From Candidatus Latescibacterota bacterium (lineage in GTDB: Bacteria; Latescibacterota; UBA2968): DNA of 64,000 nt. This document shows positions 1 to 9,850 of the stretch, in pieces; within the stretch, counting starts at the first letter, position 1; each line of letters opens with the position of its first letter. The translations under genes and the position numbers were made by a program. The notes below the pieces were generated by a model. The model saw nothing but the letters and a program-made list of their open reading frames with translations, ran no database searches and had not been told where the DNA came from. Location of the stretch: positions 2,784,001 to 2,848,000 of the forward strand of contig OZ242195.1 of the NCBI GenBank assembly GCA_965205975.1. The letters are read 5' to 3'.

Positions 1-1
1 C

Positions 2-271
2 ACCTGGAGTCTCGACGACATCAAAAAAGAGTGGGTGGAGGAAATTGAAGCAGATAATAAATCGACCTGGGCGGAAATAACATCAGCAGGGCATATTTCT
101 GGCGAAAGCACTCAAGCATATTTGCAACTGTATTACGCGGCCAACGATAAGAAGACGCCAAAGTGGGCAAGAGGCGTGATATATAGCGCACTTGTTCATA
201 AATGGGGAGTGCCCCAAGTAATACCTTCAAAACAGGAGGTTTCAGATGTGCGGAAATATAGATCGCAATGA
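2..271 (+). CDS. 5'-truncated ORF ending in a YkvA/DUF1232-like fragment
   Basis: Frame open from window edge. YLQLYYAANDKKTPKWARGVIYSAL resembles the YkvA N-terminal segment, but the downstream PID motif is absent. Confidence 0.35.
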   Translation, partial: TWSLDDIKKEWVEEIEADNKSTWAEITSAGHISGESTQAYLQLYYAANDKKTPKWARGVIYSALVHKWGVPQVIPSKQEVSDVRKYRSQ

Positions 272-824
272 ATTGGCTTGCCGCCTCATTCAATCTGTGC
301 GAGATGCGTTCGAGAAGGAAAATATCAGCGACATGGGGTTTGGGGATATGACTCGTAGCCTATTCTCTAAATTGGATTGTCTGGGGAAGGAGCTTTGCGC
401 TGACGTTCGACATGGACCGAAAGGACAAGAGGAAAAGAATCTGAATTGGGAATTTCTCTACGACGTGTGCTTTTTTAAACCTCGCGATAAGCGTGAGGAT
501 GGCTACTTCACCCCTAAAACCCCACTGAATCAGGCCCTTATCGTTCTGGAATGCGAGTGGAACAGGGGAAATAAACAAAAAGACATACTGTACGATTTTT
601 CTAAGCTACTCATAGCCAGAGCAGAACTGCGGTGTCTCGTTTTCTATACGACGATCAAATGTAAAGATTTTGTTTGCATATTGGAACGCGTAAAGAAGTT
701 GATAGACGCCTTTGAACAAGGCGACGTGAAAGACCGCTATCTCATATGTGGGATTGGGTGTCGGAGCCTTCGGTTTGCTCTGGTGGATGGCAAGGGTAAA
801 GTACTGTGTAGGAAGAATTATTGA
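246..824 (+). CDS. Hypothetical protein, possible PD-(D/E)XK-like nuclease fold; paralog of 59218-59790
   Basis: AGGAGG RBS. Motifs NWEFLYDVCF, LECEW and DILYDFSKLL are shared with the second copy. Confidence 0.7.
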   Translation: MCGNIDRNELACRLIQSVRDAFEKENISDMGFGDMTRSLFSKLDCLGKELCADVRHGPKGQEEKNLNWEFLYDVCFFKPRDKREDGYFTPKTPLNQALIVLECEWNRGNKQKDILYDFSKLLIARAELRCLVFYTTIKCKDFVCILERVKKLIDAFEQGDVKDRYLICGIGCRSLRFALVDGKGKVLCRKNY

Positions 825-1289
825 AACAGGTCAAGATGTTGTGTTACCGCGGCCAACTGCATCCACAATACCTTGTGGTTGTGGTGCTTGACCAGACATA
901 AGAAAAAAGCCTGTTGATCTCATTCGATTGACGGGTTTTCTCGTATTTGTTGTCCATTGGGGTAGGGTGGTTGGAGGGGGAACCGAAAAAAACTGATGCT
1001 CCCCCGAAGCGGCGCTTGTCTTGGGCTTGCGCTGTGGGGTGTCGCATACATTTTGAAGACCTGCGGGCGGGCACACCATCAATAAGAGTGCGCCCTGTGA
1101 AACGAATAATACGGGGTTTTGCGATCGGGAAAGATATTGCGGGCGCGTCATAGCATTGGGAACCAATGATGTCGTCTTCATACTTATACATATAAAAAGA
1201 CTTGTGTTGAACTGCTTTCACAATTGTAAACTACCCACGTCTTGGCGTATCCACACGCCAGCAATGGATTGCAATTCCTTACCTACAAG

Positions 1290-1326
1290 TGTTCATTTTC
1301 GGACACCACTGTATCAAAATCGGACA
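1290..1326 (+). promoter_or_regulatory. Putative tandem enhancer-binding-protein sites (UAS)
   Basis: TGTTCATTTTCGGACA (1290-1305) and TGTATCAAAATCGGACA (1310-1326); right halves are 21 bp apart, upstream of a sigma54 promoter. Confidence 0.55.
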
Positions 1327-1390
1327 CTTTTCAAACCATCAATTTAAAGCGATTTTTCATAACCTATTGTTATTTCAACATTTGAATTTT

Positions 1391-1407
1391 TTGGCACGGT
1401 TATTGCT
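1391..1407 (+). promoter_or_regulatory. Sigma54 (-24/-12) promoter
   Basis: TTGGCACGGTTATTGCT matches TGGCACG-N4-TTGCW, ~60 bp before the permease ATG. Confidence 0.85.
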
Positions 1408-1469
1408 GTAAAAAATTGTGCAACCTGACCGCACCCTATTCACTGGCGAATATGGACCGGGAGAATAAA

Positions 1470-3839
1470 ATGTTTTGGAATTACCTGATTGTCGCGCTGA
1501 GAAACCTGTTGAGAAACAGGGTTTACACATACGTGAATGTGATCGGCCTGGGTATTGGAATGGGTTGCTGCGTCATGATCATGCTCTTTGTCCAGGATGA
1601 ACTGAAGTATGATCGGTTTCACGAGAACGCAGATCGCATCTATCGCGTGTTGTGGCAGGGCAAAACGGGAAAAAATGCATGGCTTCTTCCGGTATGTTCT
1701 GCAAGAGTTGGAGAAGAACTCGGCAGATACCTCAATGTGGCGCAGGTCGTTCGCCTGAATCGAGATGGGCGTGGTGTGCGCCTTGGCAATGAGTATGTGC
1801 GAGAAGAACAATTTTTTTATGTGGAAAACAGTTTTTTTGATGTATTTACAGTTCAATTCATTGCTGGCTCTGCTGAGACCGCCCTGAATAATCCAGATGC
1901 CGTGGTCATTACCGATGAGGCTGCAAAGAAATACTTTGGAAGTGACACCCCATTGGGAAAAACACTCGCGCTCAGTGATGGGTCTCTACTGACTGTAACG
2001 GGCGTCGTGAAGGGCTTTCCGTCTCAGTCGCACTTCAGGTTCGATTTCCTCGCCTCCATCAATGCCTTTGTTCCCTATCAGTTTGCTCGCAATAAATGGG
2101 GCGAGGCGATCACCTATACCTACGTACTCTTGAAAGAAAATGTAAATCCTTCCCAAATAGAAGCGCGACTACAAAAACACGTTGATAGCCTCAATCTCGA
2201 AGGTCAACCTTCTTATTCTTTTGAACCCATTACAGACATTTATCTCCACTCGCATGCAACGCGATTCGCACTATCCCCTCACGGAAGTGCAGCCACTGTT
2301 TACACATTTGCATTGGTAGGTGGCATCATTTTGCTTCTGGCCTGTATGAACTTCATCAATTTGACCACCGCGCAGATGAAGCGGCGCATGCGAGAGATTG
2401 GCATGAGAAAAGTCCTTGGCGCAGATCGGACATCTTTAATCGCCCAGTTTCTCATGGAAACCTTTGGTTACGTCATCGTCGCCACAATTTTTGCAATGAT
2501 GTTCTGCGAGTTGGGTATGTCGATTGTCAACGATCTTTCCGGGAAAAAGCTGTCAGAAGAGGTCTTACTTTCACGGGAGGGAATAACCCTTTTCGCGAGC
2601 ACAGCATTTTTTGTCATCTTGGCAGCGGGGGTATATCCGGCGTTTATCCTCTCCGGTCTCCAGCCTGTTCAGGTACTCTTTGGACACCTGAAATTGCGGA
2701 TGAGAGGGGGGCGGCAGCGCGGATATCTGATCGTTTTTCAATTCGCCATCTCCATTTTCCTGATCATAGCTACGCTCGTTGTCGATACACAATTGAAGTA
2801 CGCACAGAACAAAAAACTCGGCTTTGATAAGGAGCACTTGCTCGCAGTACATGTACAGAGACAGATCGGAAGAATCGCCTACGCACTCAGAGACCGTCTT
2901 GCAGACCTGCCCGAATCTATCGCGGTCTCTTTTGCGTCAGCTATCCCCGGACAAACTATCAGCGCAATTGCTGTCTCTCCCGAACAGCCTGCGCTTGAAA
3001 GGGAATCCTCACTGCTATTCGCCCGAGCTGATGAATATTATGTCGATGCCTTAGACTTGCACATTATCGAAGGAAGAAATTTTGCACCGCTATCATTTCC
3101 TTCAGACTCTACGGCATTTCTGATCAATCAGGCAGCAGTTCAGGCCATAGGCTGGAAAGGCGACGCGATTGGCAAAAGGATCGGGATAAGTGGGGAGCTG
3201 AAAACGATTAATGGCCCAGTGATCGGCATTGTCGAAAATTTCCATATCGAATCTCTGTATAAACCCATCCAGCCTCTGGTGATTCCATTTCTGCGCGGGC
3301 CTTCGCCATACATCCTGATTCGATTCAAACCGGGCACTGTGTCCGATCAGATCGCTGCAGTGCAAAGGGTTTGGTCAAAAATCGTCCCAGGCTATCCTTT
3401 CAAGTATTCCTTTGTCGATGAAGACATTGAACAGCTCTATGCGTCAGAGCACCGGATCGGAAAGGTCTTCCAAGCCTTCGCTGTGGTTGCCATTTTCATT
3501 GCTTGTTTGGGGCTTTATGGCCTGAGTTTTTACATAGGGGAGCTGAAAAAAAAGGAGATTGCCGTTCGAAAGGTACTGGGGAGCTCTGTGAGTGGCATCG
3601 TAGGATTGATTTTGAAAGACATTGCAAAATTGATTGTCGTGTCCTTTCTGATTGCCGTGCCGATCTCCTATTATGCGATGGGTCACTGGCTTGCAGAGTT
3701 CGCTTACCAGATTGATTTGGGTCCGTGGTCATTCTTATTGGCGGGTATGATGGCAATGACGATTGGCATGTTCACTGTCAGTTGGCAAGCCATCGCGGCT
3801 GCGCGAACAAATCCCGTGGATACGCTTAAAAATCAGTAA
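1470..3839 (+). CDS. ABC transporter permease, duplicated MacB-periplasmic/FtsX type
   Basis: MFWNYLIVALRNL start after GGAGA RBS; motifs LACMNFINL, REIGMRKVLGA, KEIAVRKVLGS, AARTNPVDTLK. Confidence 0.92.
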   Translation: MFWNYLIVALRNLLRNRVYTYVNVIGLGIGMGCCVMIMLFVQDELKYDRFHENADRIYRVLWQGKTGKNAWLLPVCSARVGEELGRYLNVAQVVRLNRDGRGVRLGNEYVREEQFFYVENSFFDVFTVQFIAGSAETALNNPDAVVITDEAAKKYFGSDTPLGKTLALSDGSLLTVTGVVKGFPSQSHFRFDFLASINAFVPYQFARNKWGEAITYTYVLLKENVNPSQIEARLQKHVDSLNLEGQPSYSFEPITDIYLHSHATRFALSPHGSAATVYTFALVGGIILLLACMNFINLTTAQMKRRMREIGMRKVLGADRTSLIAQFLMETFGYVIVATIFAMMFCELGMSIVNDLSGKKLSEEVLLSREGITLFASTAFFVILAAGVYPAFILSGLQPVQVLFGHLKLRMRGGRQRGYLIVFQFAISIFLIIATLVVDTQLKYAQNKKLGFDKEHLLAVHVQRQIGRIAYALRDRLADLPESIAVSFASAIPGQTISAIAVSPEQPALERESSLLFARADEYYVDALDLHIIEGRNFAPLSFPSDSTAFLINQAAVQAIGWKGDAIGKRIGISGELKTINGPVIGIVENFHIESLYKPIQPLVIPFLRGPSPYILIRFKPGTVSDQIAAVQRVWSKIVPGYPFKYSFVDEDIEQLYASEHRIGKVFQAFAVVAIFIACLGLYGLSFYIGELKKKEIAVRKVLGSSVSGIVGLILKDIAKLIVVSFLIAVPISYYAMGHWLAEFAYQIDLGPWSFLLAGMMAMTIGMFTVSWQAIAAARTNPVDTLKNQ

Positions 3840-3889
3840 GAAGGCTTATCCGTAATTTTACAGATGCGGCACACACGCGGAGATATCCG

Positions 3890-4078
3890 ATGATACCAGT
3901 CTTTGTTGTTCAATCAGATCCTGACGGTATGAAAGCAATGGGGGTCAGAGCATATCAAATAGCGATAGAGCAACTCTCCTTCGACGCAGTGGCAGAGCAG
4001 ATTTCCAATCTGTTTCAGGAAGCTACTACGAACAAAGCAGAAGAATGTAAACTCAACATCACAGGAGGCCTACGATGA
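3890..4078 (+). CDS. Small hypothetical protein (62 aa)
   Basis: GGAGA upstream; stop overlaps the next ATG (ATGA). No recognisable motif. Confidence 0.3.
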   Translation: MIPVFVVQSDPDGMKAMGVRAYQIAIEQLSFDAVAEQISNLFQEATTNKAEECKLNITGGLR

Positions 4079-4752
4079 AACGATTACTGATCGCAGTGAC
4101 AGCCCTATTATTGGGAGCGAATGTTTGGGCTGATGGAAATCACCTATTGGGAACCTGGCGCGGCACGCTTCCCGCCACCGAACTCAAATTGCGCCTCGCG
4201 TTTCACATCAAAAAAACAGACGATGGACAGCTATTTGCGAAGATGGACATCCCAGATCAGGAAGTGATAGGCATACCGGTTTCCCAAGTCACGCACAAAG
4301 ATTCAAACTGGTCCTTCATGATCAATTATATAAACGGCAAGTATGAAGGAATAGAGTCTGGTGCGGGTAAAATTGAGGGAACATGGACCTGGACACAACG
4401 CGGGCAGAGTTTGCCCCTCACCCTTTTTCGCGAAAACAACACGCTGAGCGGAGCGTTGGGCATGCCGTTTCCAGAAACTGACATCATGCTCCAGTTTGCG
4501 AAAGATGAAGAAGGGCATTTTTCCGCCAAATTCGCAGGTCCCCAACAAAGAGGAAAAATCATTTCTGTACGTGCCGTACGCGTTGAAAAAGACAGCATCA
4601 CCGTGGTCGTAGATGACAAAAGTTCATTTTTCGGCGTATTCGATGAACAGGTTGCGAAGGGCAAGTGGAAGATAGAAAAGTTTATCATGCCGCTGGAACT
4701 TCGCAAAGAAACTCAAAAGGATGAGTCTCATGCCAGACCAGGCAATCCATAA
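4075..4752 (+). CDS. Secreted hypothetical protein with repeated beta-rich domains
   Basis: Signal peptide MKRLLIAVTALLLGANVWA; GTWRGTL...MDIPDQ...IEGTWTQRGQSLPLTL module followed by a degenerate second copy. Confidence 0.75.
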   Translation: MKRLLIAVTALLLGANVWADGNHLLGTWRGTLPATELKLRLAFHIKKTDDGQLFAKMDIPDQEVIGIPVSQVTHKDSNWSFMINYINGKYEGIESGAGKIEGTWTWTQRGQSLPLTLFRENNTLSGALGMPFPETDIMLQFAKDEEGHFSAKFAGPQQRGKIISVRAVRVEKDSITVVVDDKSSFFGVFDEQVAKGKWKIEKFIMPLELRKETQKDESHARPGNP

Positions 4753-5314
4753 AGTTATCATTACAGGTACAGGGCGAGCGGGTACTACTTTCCTGATGCA
4801 ATTGCTAACTTCCATCGGACTGGATACGGGTTTTGCAACCCCGCAAGAAGGGATATTCCACAACTGTAATGCGGGGATGGAGTGGCGAATCACGGAGCCT
4901 AACGCGCCCTATATCATCAAGGATCCCAGATTGTGCGACGATCTGGACTGGGTGATGACCACTAAGAAATGCGTGATCGATCACGCATTTGTTCCTATCA
5001 GACATATCAAATCAGCAACAAAGAGCCGCATCCGAGTTTTTGCCCAAGGGGGATTTAGGGCTAAAGGTGGATTGTGGGATACCAAGAATCCGGACGATCA
5101 GGAAGGCATTCTATTGGAGAAATTTTATACCCTTGTTTTTACTTTGATGAAATATGACATTCCCAGCACGTTTTTGAGTTTTCCCAGAATTGTGAAAGAT
5201 CCAGAGTATTTATATGCCAAAATGAAGCCTGTCCACAAGGGTATATCGTATTCGATTTTTTTTGAAGCATTTCAGCGTATCTCTCGGCCAGAACTAATTC
5301 ACTCATTTGTCTAA
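4721..5314 (+). CDS. Sulfotransferase-like P-loop protein
   Basis: IITGTGRAGTTFLMQLL (5'-PSB-loop-like) and IKDPRL. Confidence 0.6.
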   Translation: MSLMPDQAIHKVIITGTGRAGTTFLMQLLTSIGLDTGFATPQEGIFHNCNAGMEWRITEPNAPYIIKDPRLCDDLDWVMTTKKCVIDHAFVPIRHIKSATKSRIRVFAQGGFRAKGGLWDTKNPDDQEGILLEKFYTLVFTLMKYDIPSTFLSFPRIVKDPEYLYAKMKPVHKGISYSIFFEAFQRISRPELIHSFV

Positions 5315-5416
5315 TCAGGGACAATCCTATTTTTAGTCGGAATAATAGAGGCTGGTTAGTCAGCAGCAAAAGCGGTTAATGGTTAGCTGATCGCTTTTTA
5401 AAAAAGGAGTCTTAAA

Positions 5417-6172
5417 ATGATCAAAACCGTCAACCTCGAGAAAGTCTATACCACCGAAGAAGTGGAAACCACTGCCCTGAACAATGTCAACATAGACGTT
5501 GAAGAAGGCGAATTTGTCGCCGTTATGGGACCATCGGGCTGCGGCAAATCCACACTCTTGAATGTGATCGGCCTGCTGGACAATCCGAGCGGCGGGGAAT
5601 ACTATCTGAACAGTGAAGAAGTATCCAAACACACCGAACGGCAAAGAGCCAATACCCGCAAATCAAACATCGGCTTTGTGTTTCAAAGCTTCAATCTCAT
5701 CGACGAACTGACTGTAGCCGAAAACGTGGAACTGCCCCTGTTATATCTGGGCTTACCAGCCAGCGAGCGCAAACAGCGCTTGGATGAATCGCTCGAATAC
5801 ATGGGCATCAAACACCGAGAAAAGCATTTCCCGCAGCAATTATCCGGCGGTCAGCAGCAGCGCGTGGCCGTGGCGAGAGCCGTCATAGCAAACCCCAACA
5901 TCATCCTGGCAGACGAGCCAACGGGTAATCTCGACTCGGCAAACGGCAACGAGGTCATGGACCTGTTGACCGAACTAAACAAAAACGGCACCACAATCGT
6001 CATGGTGACGCACAACTCCCACGACGCGGGATACGCGCATCGCATCATCCACCTGTTCGACGGTCATGTCGCGACAGAGAATATTAAAGAACCGCGCGAT
6101 TATCAACGCCACAAAATCCAAGTACAAGGAAAGAGAGAAATGGTAGGTGTGGAGGATGGGATTGGGATGTAA
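5417..6172 (+). CDS. ABC transporter ATP-binding protein (LolD/MacB type)
   Basis: GPSGCGKST, LSGGQQQRV, ADEPTGNLD, VTH. Confidence 0.95.
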   Translation: MIKTVNLEKVYTTEEVETTALNNVNIDVEEGEFVAVMGPSGCGKSTLLNVIGLLDNPSGGEYYLNSEEVSKHTERQRANTRKSNIGFVFQSFNLIDELTVAENVELPLLYLGLPASERKQRLDESLEYMGIKHREKHFPQQLSGGQQQRVAVARAVIANPNIILADEPTGNLDSANGNEVMDLLTELNKNGTTIVMVTHNSHDAGYAHRIIHLFDGHVATENIKEPRDYQRHKIQVQGKREMVGVEDGIGM

Positions 6173-6195
6173 GTAGATCCCAGGTGAGAGAACCG

Positions 6196-7503
6196 TCACG
6201 ATGATGGTGTGGATGTTTCGAAGGAGATTGATCGATCAAATATGCCAGCAGTTTTGAGTGCTGATGTCAATAGTCCAATGTAGTTTTCTTCGACCCAGTC
6301 GGCCACCAATTGATCTGGGGCATCGAAGACTACAGTTGTCTTTCCTACCCCTGAGATGAAAAGCGGCTCAAACCAGGTCTCAAAAGACTGGACCTGTATC
6401 CTCTCACCTATATTTTCACTCACCTCTTCCCATAAGCTCGAGTATGGGGATTCTGTGCGGCGTTTTTCCCGCTCAGGACATACAGCAGTACTTGGGCCGA
6501 AGGAAACCGCTGGCACAGTTGTACGCCGCTCAGCAACGGATAGCGGGATCACATTGCTCGCACTATCGGCCTCTGGATCCGTTGCGTGGTCGCCTGATAG
6601 ATCTCGCTTAAAATACTGCGTTGGGATCGATGCATCGTTTTCCAGGAGAAAGCGGATATAACCGCCCGGGTTCTTCACACCTTGCCCTTTGGCTCGCACA
6701 TAAGCGATGGCTGCACGGCAACGAGGCGCGGGATATGTGTGACCCAGATGGTGTGCATTTGTCTCATCAATACCAGCTTCCATCAGAGCCTGCACCCCGG
6801 ATAAAGAATCACTACGGGGCAAGCTCTGAGGAAATAATTGAGTAGCTCGCGCTGCGGGATCCCCGTCTTTCTCAGCACCGGTCGGCCGCGCGGGATGGCA
6901 CTCGTTCGAACCGGCGTCGGGTTCCGGAGGACCCGTAAAACCGTCAACAGAATAGAGCGAAACAACAACAGGATCCGGCGTTGATTCTACATCCGCTTTT
7001 GTACCTTGTACCATGTTTTTTGTTGTTATAGAATCCTGTAAACAATATTCCTTTATAACATGGTGGCCGTTTGCAGATTTCTGCAAGTTTGTAGATTTTT
7101 GCAATTCGCCATTTGCAGATTTTTGCAATTTACTATCAGCATTTGAATCGCTACTGCAGGTGCAGTTTTTTTCTTCCTCATTCAATAGCTGCGATCGCAG
7201 TTCATCAGGCAAAAGGGAAAGCAGGGCATATCGCGCCTGATCGACGACGTGGATGCTGCTCGATTCACTCGCTTTTCGTCCCTTGCGCGACAATGTGATA
7301 TAGCCTCGCCGTTTCAGTTCGGCGACCTGGTGGTTGATGGCCGAGACGGACAGACCGCGCCATTTGGCCAGGGTTTCGCGACGTGCAAAACAACCTCTTG
7401 GCCCGCGGTCGAGCTTACAAATCAAAGTAAATGTGCGGAGGGCGCCGTCGGATAGGTCGGCATCTGTGAAAGGATTAAGTGAGGCGGGAGAGGGACTACG
7501 CAT
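6196..7503 (-). CDS. Replication initiator-like protein: N-terminal HTH (HTH_36-like), C-terminal DnaA N-terminal-like domain
   Basis: DLSDGALRTF...RETLAKWRGLSVSAINHQVAELKRRGYI; C-terminal LWEEVSENIGERIQVQSFETWF...APDQLVADWVEENY. Confidence 0.75.
   Translation of the reverse strand: MRSPSPASLNPFTDADLSDGALRTFTLICKLDRGPRGCFARRETLAKWRGLSVSAINHQVAELKRRGYITLSRKGRKASESSSIHVVDQARYALLSLLPDELRSQLLNEEEKNCTCSSDSNADSKLQKSANGELQKSTNLQKSANGHHVIKEYCLQDSITTKNMVQGTKADVESTPDPVVVSLYSVDGFTGPPEPDAGSNECHPARPTGAEKDGDPAARATQLFPQSLPRSDSLSGVQALMEAGIDETNAHHLGHTYPAPRCRAAIAYVRAKGQGVKNPGGYIRFLLENDASIPTQYFKRDLSGDHATDPEADSASNVIPLSVAERRTTVPAVSFGPSTAVCPEREKRRTESPYSSLWEEVSENIGERIQVQSFETWFEPLFISGVGKTTVVFDAPDQLVADWVEENYIGLLTSALKTAGIFDRSISFETSTPSS
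7070..7128. repeat. Three 17-bp quasi-palindromic iteron-like repeats inside the initiator gene
   Basis: TTTGCAGATTTCTGCAA (7070), TTTGTAGATTTTTGCAA (7088), TTTGCAGATTTTTGCAA (7112), next to an AT-rich tract at ~7015-7060. Confidence 0.7.
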
Positions 7504-7533
7504 AACGGATTACTCCAGGTAAAGGTTACAGGT

Positions 7534-7902
7534 TCAGGACTGGTCGAGGATCGCATTTACCGTGTCGTTGAACTCGGCAACTTCAAATGGTTTTCGGATA
7601 ACTGCATCAAAGTGTGGGGTGGCTGGGTGTTCCGTTGAACTTCGGGGTTCGTTGGTCGATGAGACGAGGGCAATAACAGGTAGATCGGGATGATATATTC
7701 TGATTGCCCTGGTCAAACCATAGCCGTCCAGATCGGGGAACTCCAACGCGGTCAGCACCAGGTCAGGTTCTTGGTGATTGAGCACATCGAGTGCCCTGCA
7801 AACATCTGGGGCGAGTACCGGGCAATGTCCTGCATCTCTAAGGGTGTCTCGAGCCAAGTCCCGGATATCTGGATCGTCATCAACTACGAGTATATAAGCC
7901 AT
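7534..7902 (-). CDS. Stand-alone receiver-domain protein, atypical (phosphoacceptor Asp replaced by Ala)
   Basis: ILVVDDD, PDLVLTALEFPDLDG, KPF; ATG overlaps the upstream stop (TAATG). Confidence 0.8.
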   Translation of the reverse strand: MAYILVVDDDPDIRDLARDTLRDAGHCPVLAPDVCRALDVLNHQEPDLVLTALEFPDLDGYGLTRAIRIYHPDLPVIALVSSTNEPRSSTEHPATPHFDAVIRKPFEVAEFNDTVNAILDQS

Positions 7903-8660
7903 TATTGATTCTTCCCGTTTGAACGCGCATCGCGTGTTATGATGGTCACATCGACCAGGGCACCGGGACGGACATATTTTCCCGCATTCAAAAAAAGACC
8001 CGTTACTTTGCACGTCCCGCTGTCTGGATCAATAACAGGACTGATCCCGATAACGCGCCCGGGCAACGCGCGCTTTCCACCGGCGGTCGGCACGGCAGAC
8101 AGCGGCATATTCTTATGGATCGCGTTCAGCATGTCCTCGGGCACAAGCAGATGCACCTCAAGGTCCAGATAGTCGATCACCCGCGCGACCGCGGTGTAGG
8201 CCAGTATCCAGTCGCCTACCTTTACATTGACCTCGACCACCATTCCGTCCTGGGGCGCGATGATTGCGGTTCTGTCCAGTTCCATACGCGCGGTGACCCA
8301 GTTGCAGTGCGCAACCTCGGCATCGAAGCGAACATTTTCAAGCTGCTGGTCACTGATCAGCTTCTTATCGTGCAACACTTTCCATCGCGCTTGCAGGGTC
8401 TGGGCCTTCTTCAGTGCGATTCGGGCCGCAGTTTCCTTCACCAGCAGATCTCGGCGGGTTAAGACCATGAGGGTATCCCCTTGGGTCACCCGGTCTCCCA
8501 CCTCGAAGTTGACCTGCTGCATCCGTGCGTTCATCCCGGCATAGACGGTCGCCGATCGCGCAGGTACTAAAGGTGTCCTCAGCATCAGTTCTTCTGCGCT
8601 GGCCCTTGTGGCAATGAGCATGAGGAACAGACCGCACAGAAACATCGCGTTGTATATCAT
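7902..8660 (-). CDS. RND/HlyD-type periplasmic adaptor (membrane fusion protein)
   Basis: Signal peptide; lipoyl half-motifs VGDRVTQGDTL and IIAPQDGMV; ISPVIDPDSGT. Confidence 0.85.
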   Translation of the reverse strand: MIYNAMFLCGLFLMLIATRASAEELMLRTPLVPARSATVYAGMNARMQQVNFEVGDRVTQGDTLMVLTRRDLLVKETAARIALKKAQTLQARWKVLHDKKLISDQQLENVRFDAEVAHCNWVTARMELDRTAIIAPQDGMVVEVNVKVGDWILAYTAVARVIDYLDLEVHLLVPEDMLNAIHKNMPLSAVPTAGGKRALPGRVIGISPVIDPDSGTCKVTGLFLNAGKYVRPGALVDVTIITRDARSNGKNQ

Positions 8661-9850
8661 AGTTGATCTCCTGTCAGACGAATTCGTAACATACCCCTGA
8701 ACCGCACGTTTTTGCGTTTCAGGGCCTCGATCTCTTTCTGCTTTTCCGCCAGTTCTTTCTCAATTTCCCTCCGTTTCAGGTAATGAACGGGTGGACGAGC
8801 CATTTTTAAAGCCTCTATTTTCGAATAAATCCCTTGCTCTGCCCTTGATAACTCTTTTAATCGCTCTTTGAGGCCTTTAAAAACGGGCTGAAACCGCGAA
8901 ATCTCCTCTTTTTGGGCAAATTTGAATTCATAAGCCCGGGTGGTGATCGTAATAGCACTGCTCTGGAAGTCTTCTTCCCCAACTTCAAAAGAAGCATCTG
9001 CCTCGATCAGCCCAGACACAAAACTGTTTTCCGGGATCCGTTCCACCAGCTCCTGATAGGTCTCGCCTTTCAACCGGAGCGCCTGTATTCTCACGGGCCG
9101 ATCAGTTTCCTCCACGCGCACCTTATCCGGCAAAATGGCGCCGTGTTCTCCGCACGTCAGAACCCGTCCATCGAAAAAGATCCAGAACCAGGCGGGTTTG
9201 GCATCGAGGATCAGGGCTTTTCCACTTACCTTCTCCCGCGTGTGTCGCCATTGTCCTTCAAAATTCAAATAGGTCTCTGTATTGGCTCTCCGATAATCTG
9301 AGTATGCGGCCGAAGGCGTCGCCATCAGGTACCTGAATGATCGCCAGATACCGCCCATAGTCGATATGGGCATGAACGCCAGGAGCAGTATTAGAATCAC
9401 GGCCAATACAGTACCCTCCCCCATGAGGGATCCGGTTTTGACCCTGTACCTCGCACTGCCGGGAAAAACGCAAACCGCAGGATGGGGATAAAACAGGGGC
9501 ACGCCGCTCTTGGTCGCACAATCGGCGATCAGGTGGCTCATATAGCCCAGGAGCAGAGCCGCATAACACGCGCTTTGATAGGCGAGCAAGGGCAGAGTGA
9601 CAACCGATAGAGCGAGCATACAGAGCAGCGAATGCGTAATCGTGCGGTGCCCCCATCGCCGCTCGATCGGGATGGAAGCAAAGGGCACCATCCGGCCAAT
9701 AGAACTTTTCGGCGAATCCACGTCCGGAAGCAGGCTCCCTATGATCGCGCATGCGACCGCGGGAAGATTGCGGTGAAAGGACATCGAAAAGAGCGAAAAG
9801 GAGCTCGCCACCGTGAGCAGCCCAAATGCAATGTGTGTAGGTGCAGTCAT
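8657..9850 (-). CDS. YdjM-like membrane metal-dependent hydrolase with long C-terminal extension and coiled coil
   Basis: THIAFG, GSLLPDVD, GHRTITHS, YMSHLIADCATKSGVPL. Confidence 0.85.
   Translation of the reverse strand: MTAPTHIAFGLLTVASSFSLFSMSFHRNLPAVACAIIGSLLPDVDSPKSSIGRMVPFASIPIERRWGHRTITHSLLCMLALSVVTLPLLAYQSACYAALLLGYMSHLIADCATKSGVPLFYPHPAVCVFPGSARYRVKTGSLMGEGTVLAVILILLLAFMPISTMGGIWRSFRYLMATPSAAYSDYRRANTETYLNFEGQWRHTREKVSGKALILDAKPAWFWIFFDGRVLTCGEHGAILPDKVRVEETDRPVRIQALRLKGETYQELVERIPENSFVSGLIEADASFEVGEEDFQSSAITITTRAYEFKFAQKEEISRFQPVFKGLKERLKELSRAEQGIYSKIEALKMARPPVHYLKRREIEKELAEKQKEIEALKRKNVRFRGMLRIRLTGDQL

Noticed and set aside
831..1347. Overlapping ORFs of 63-125 aa on both strands
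   Set aside because: No recognisable motif or RBS, and the frames conflict; left unannotated.
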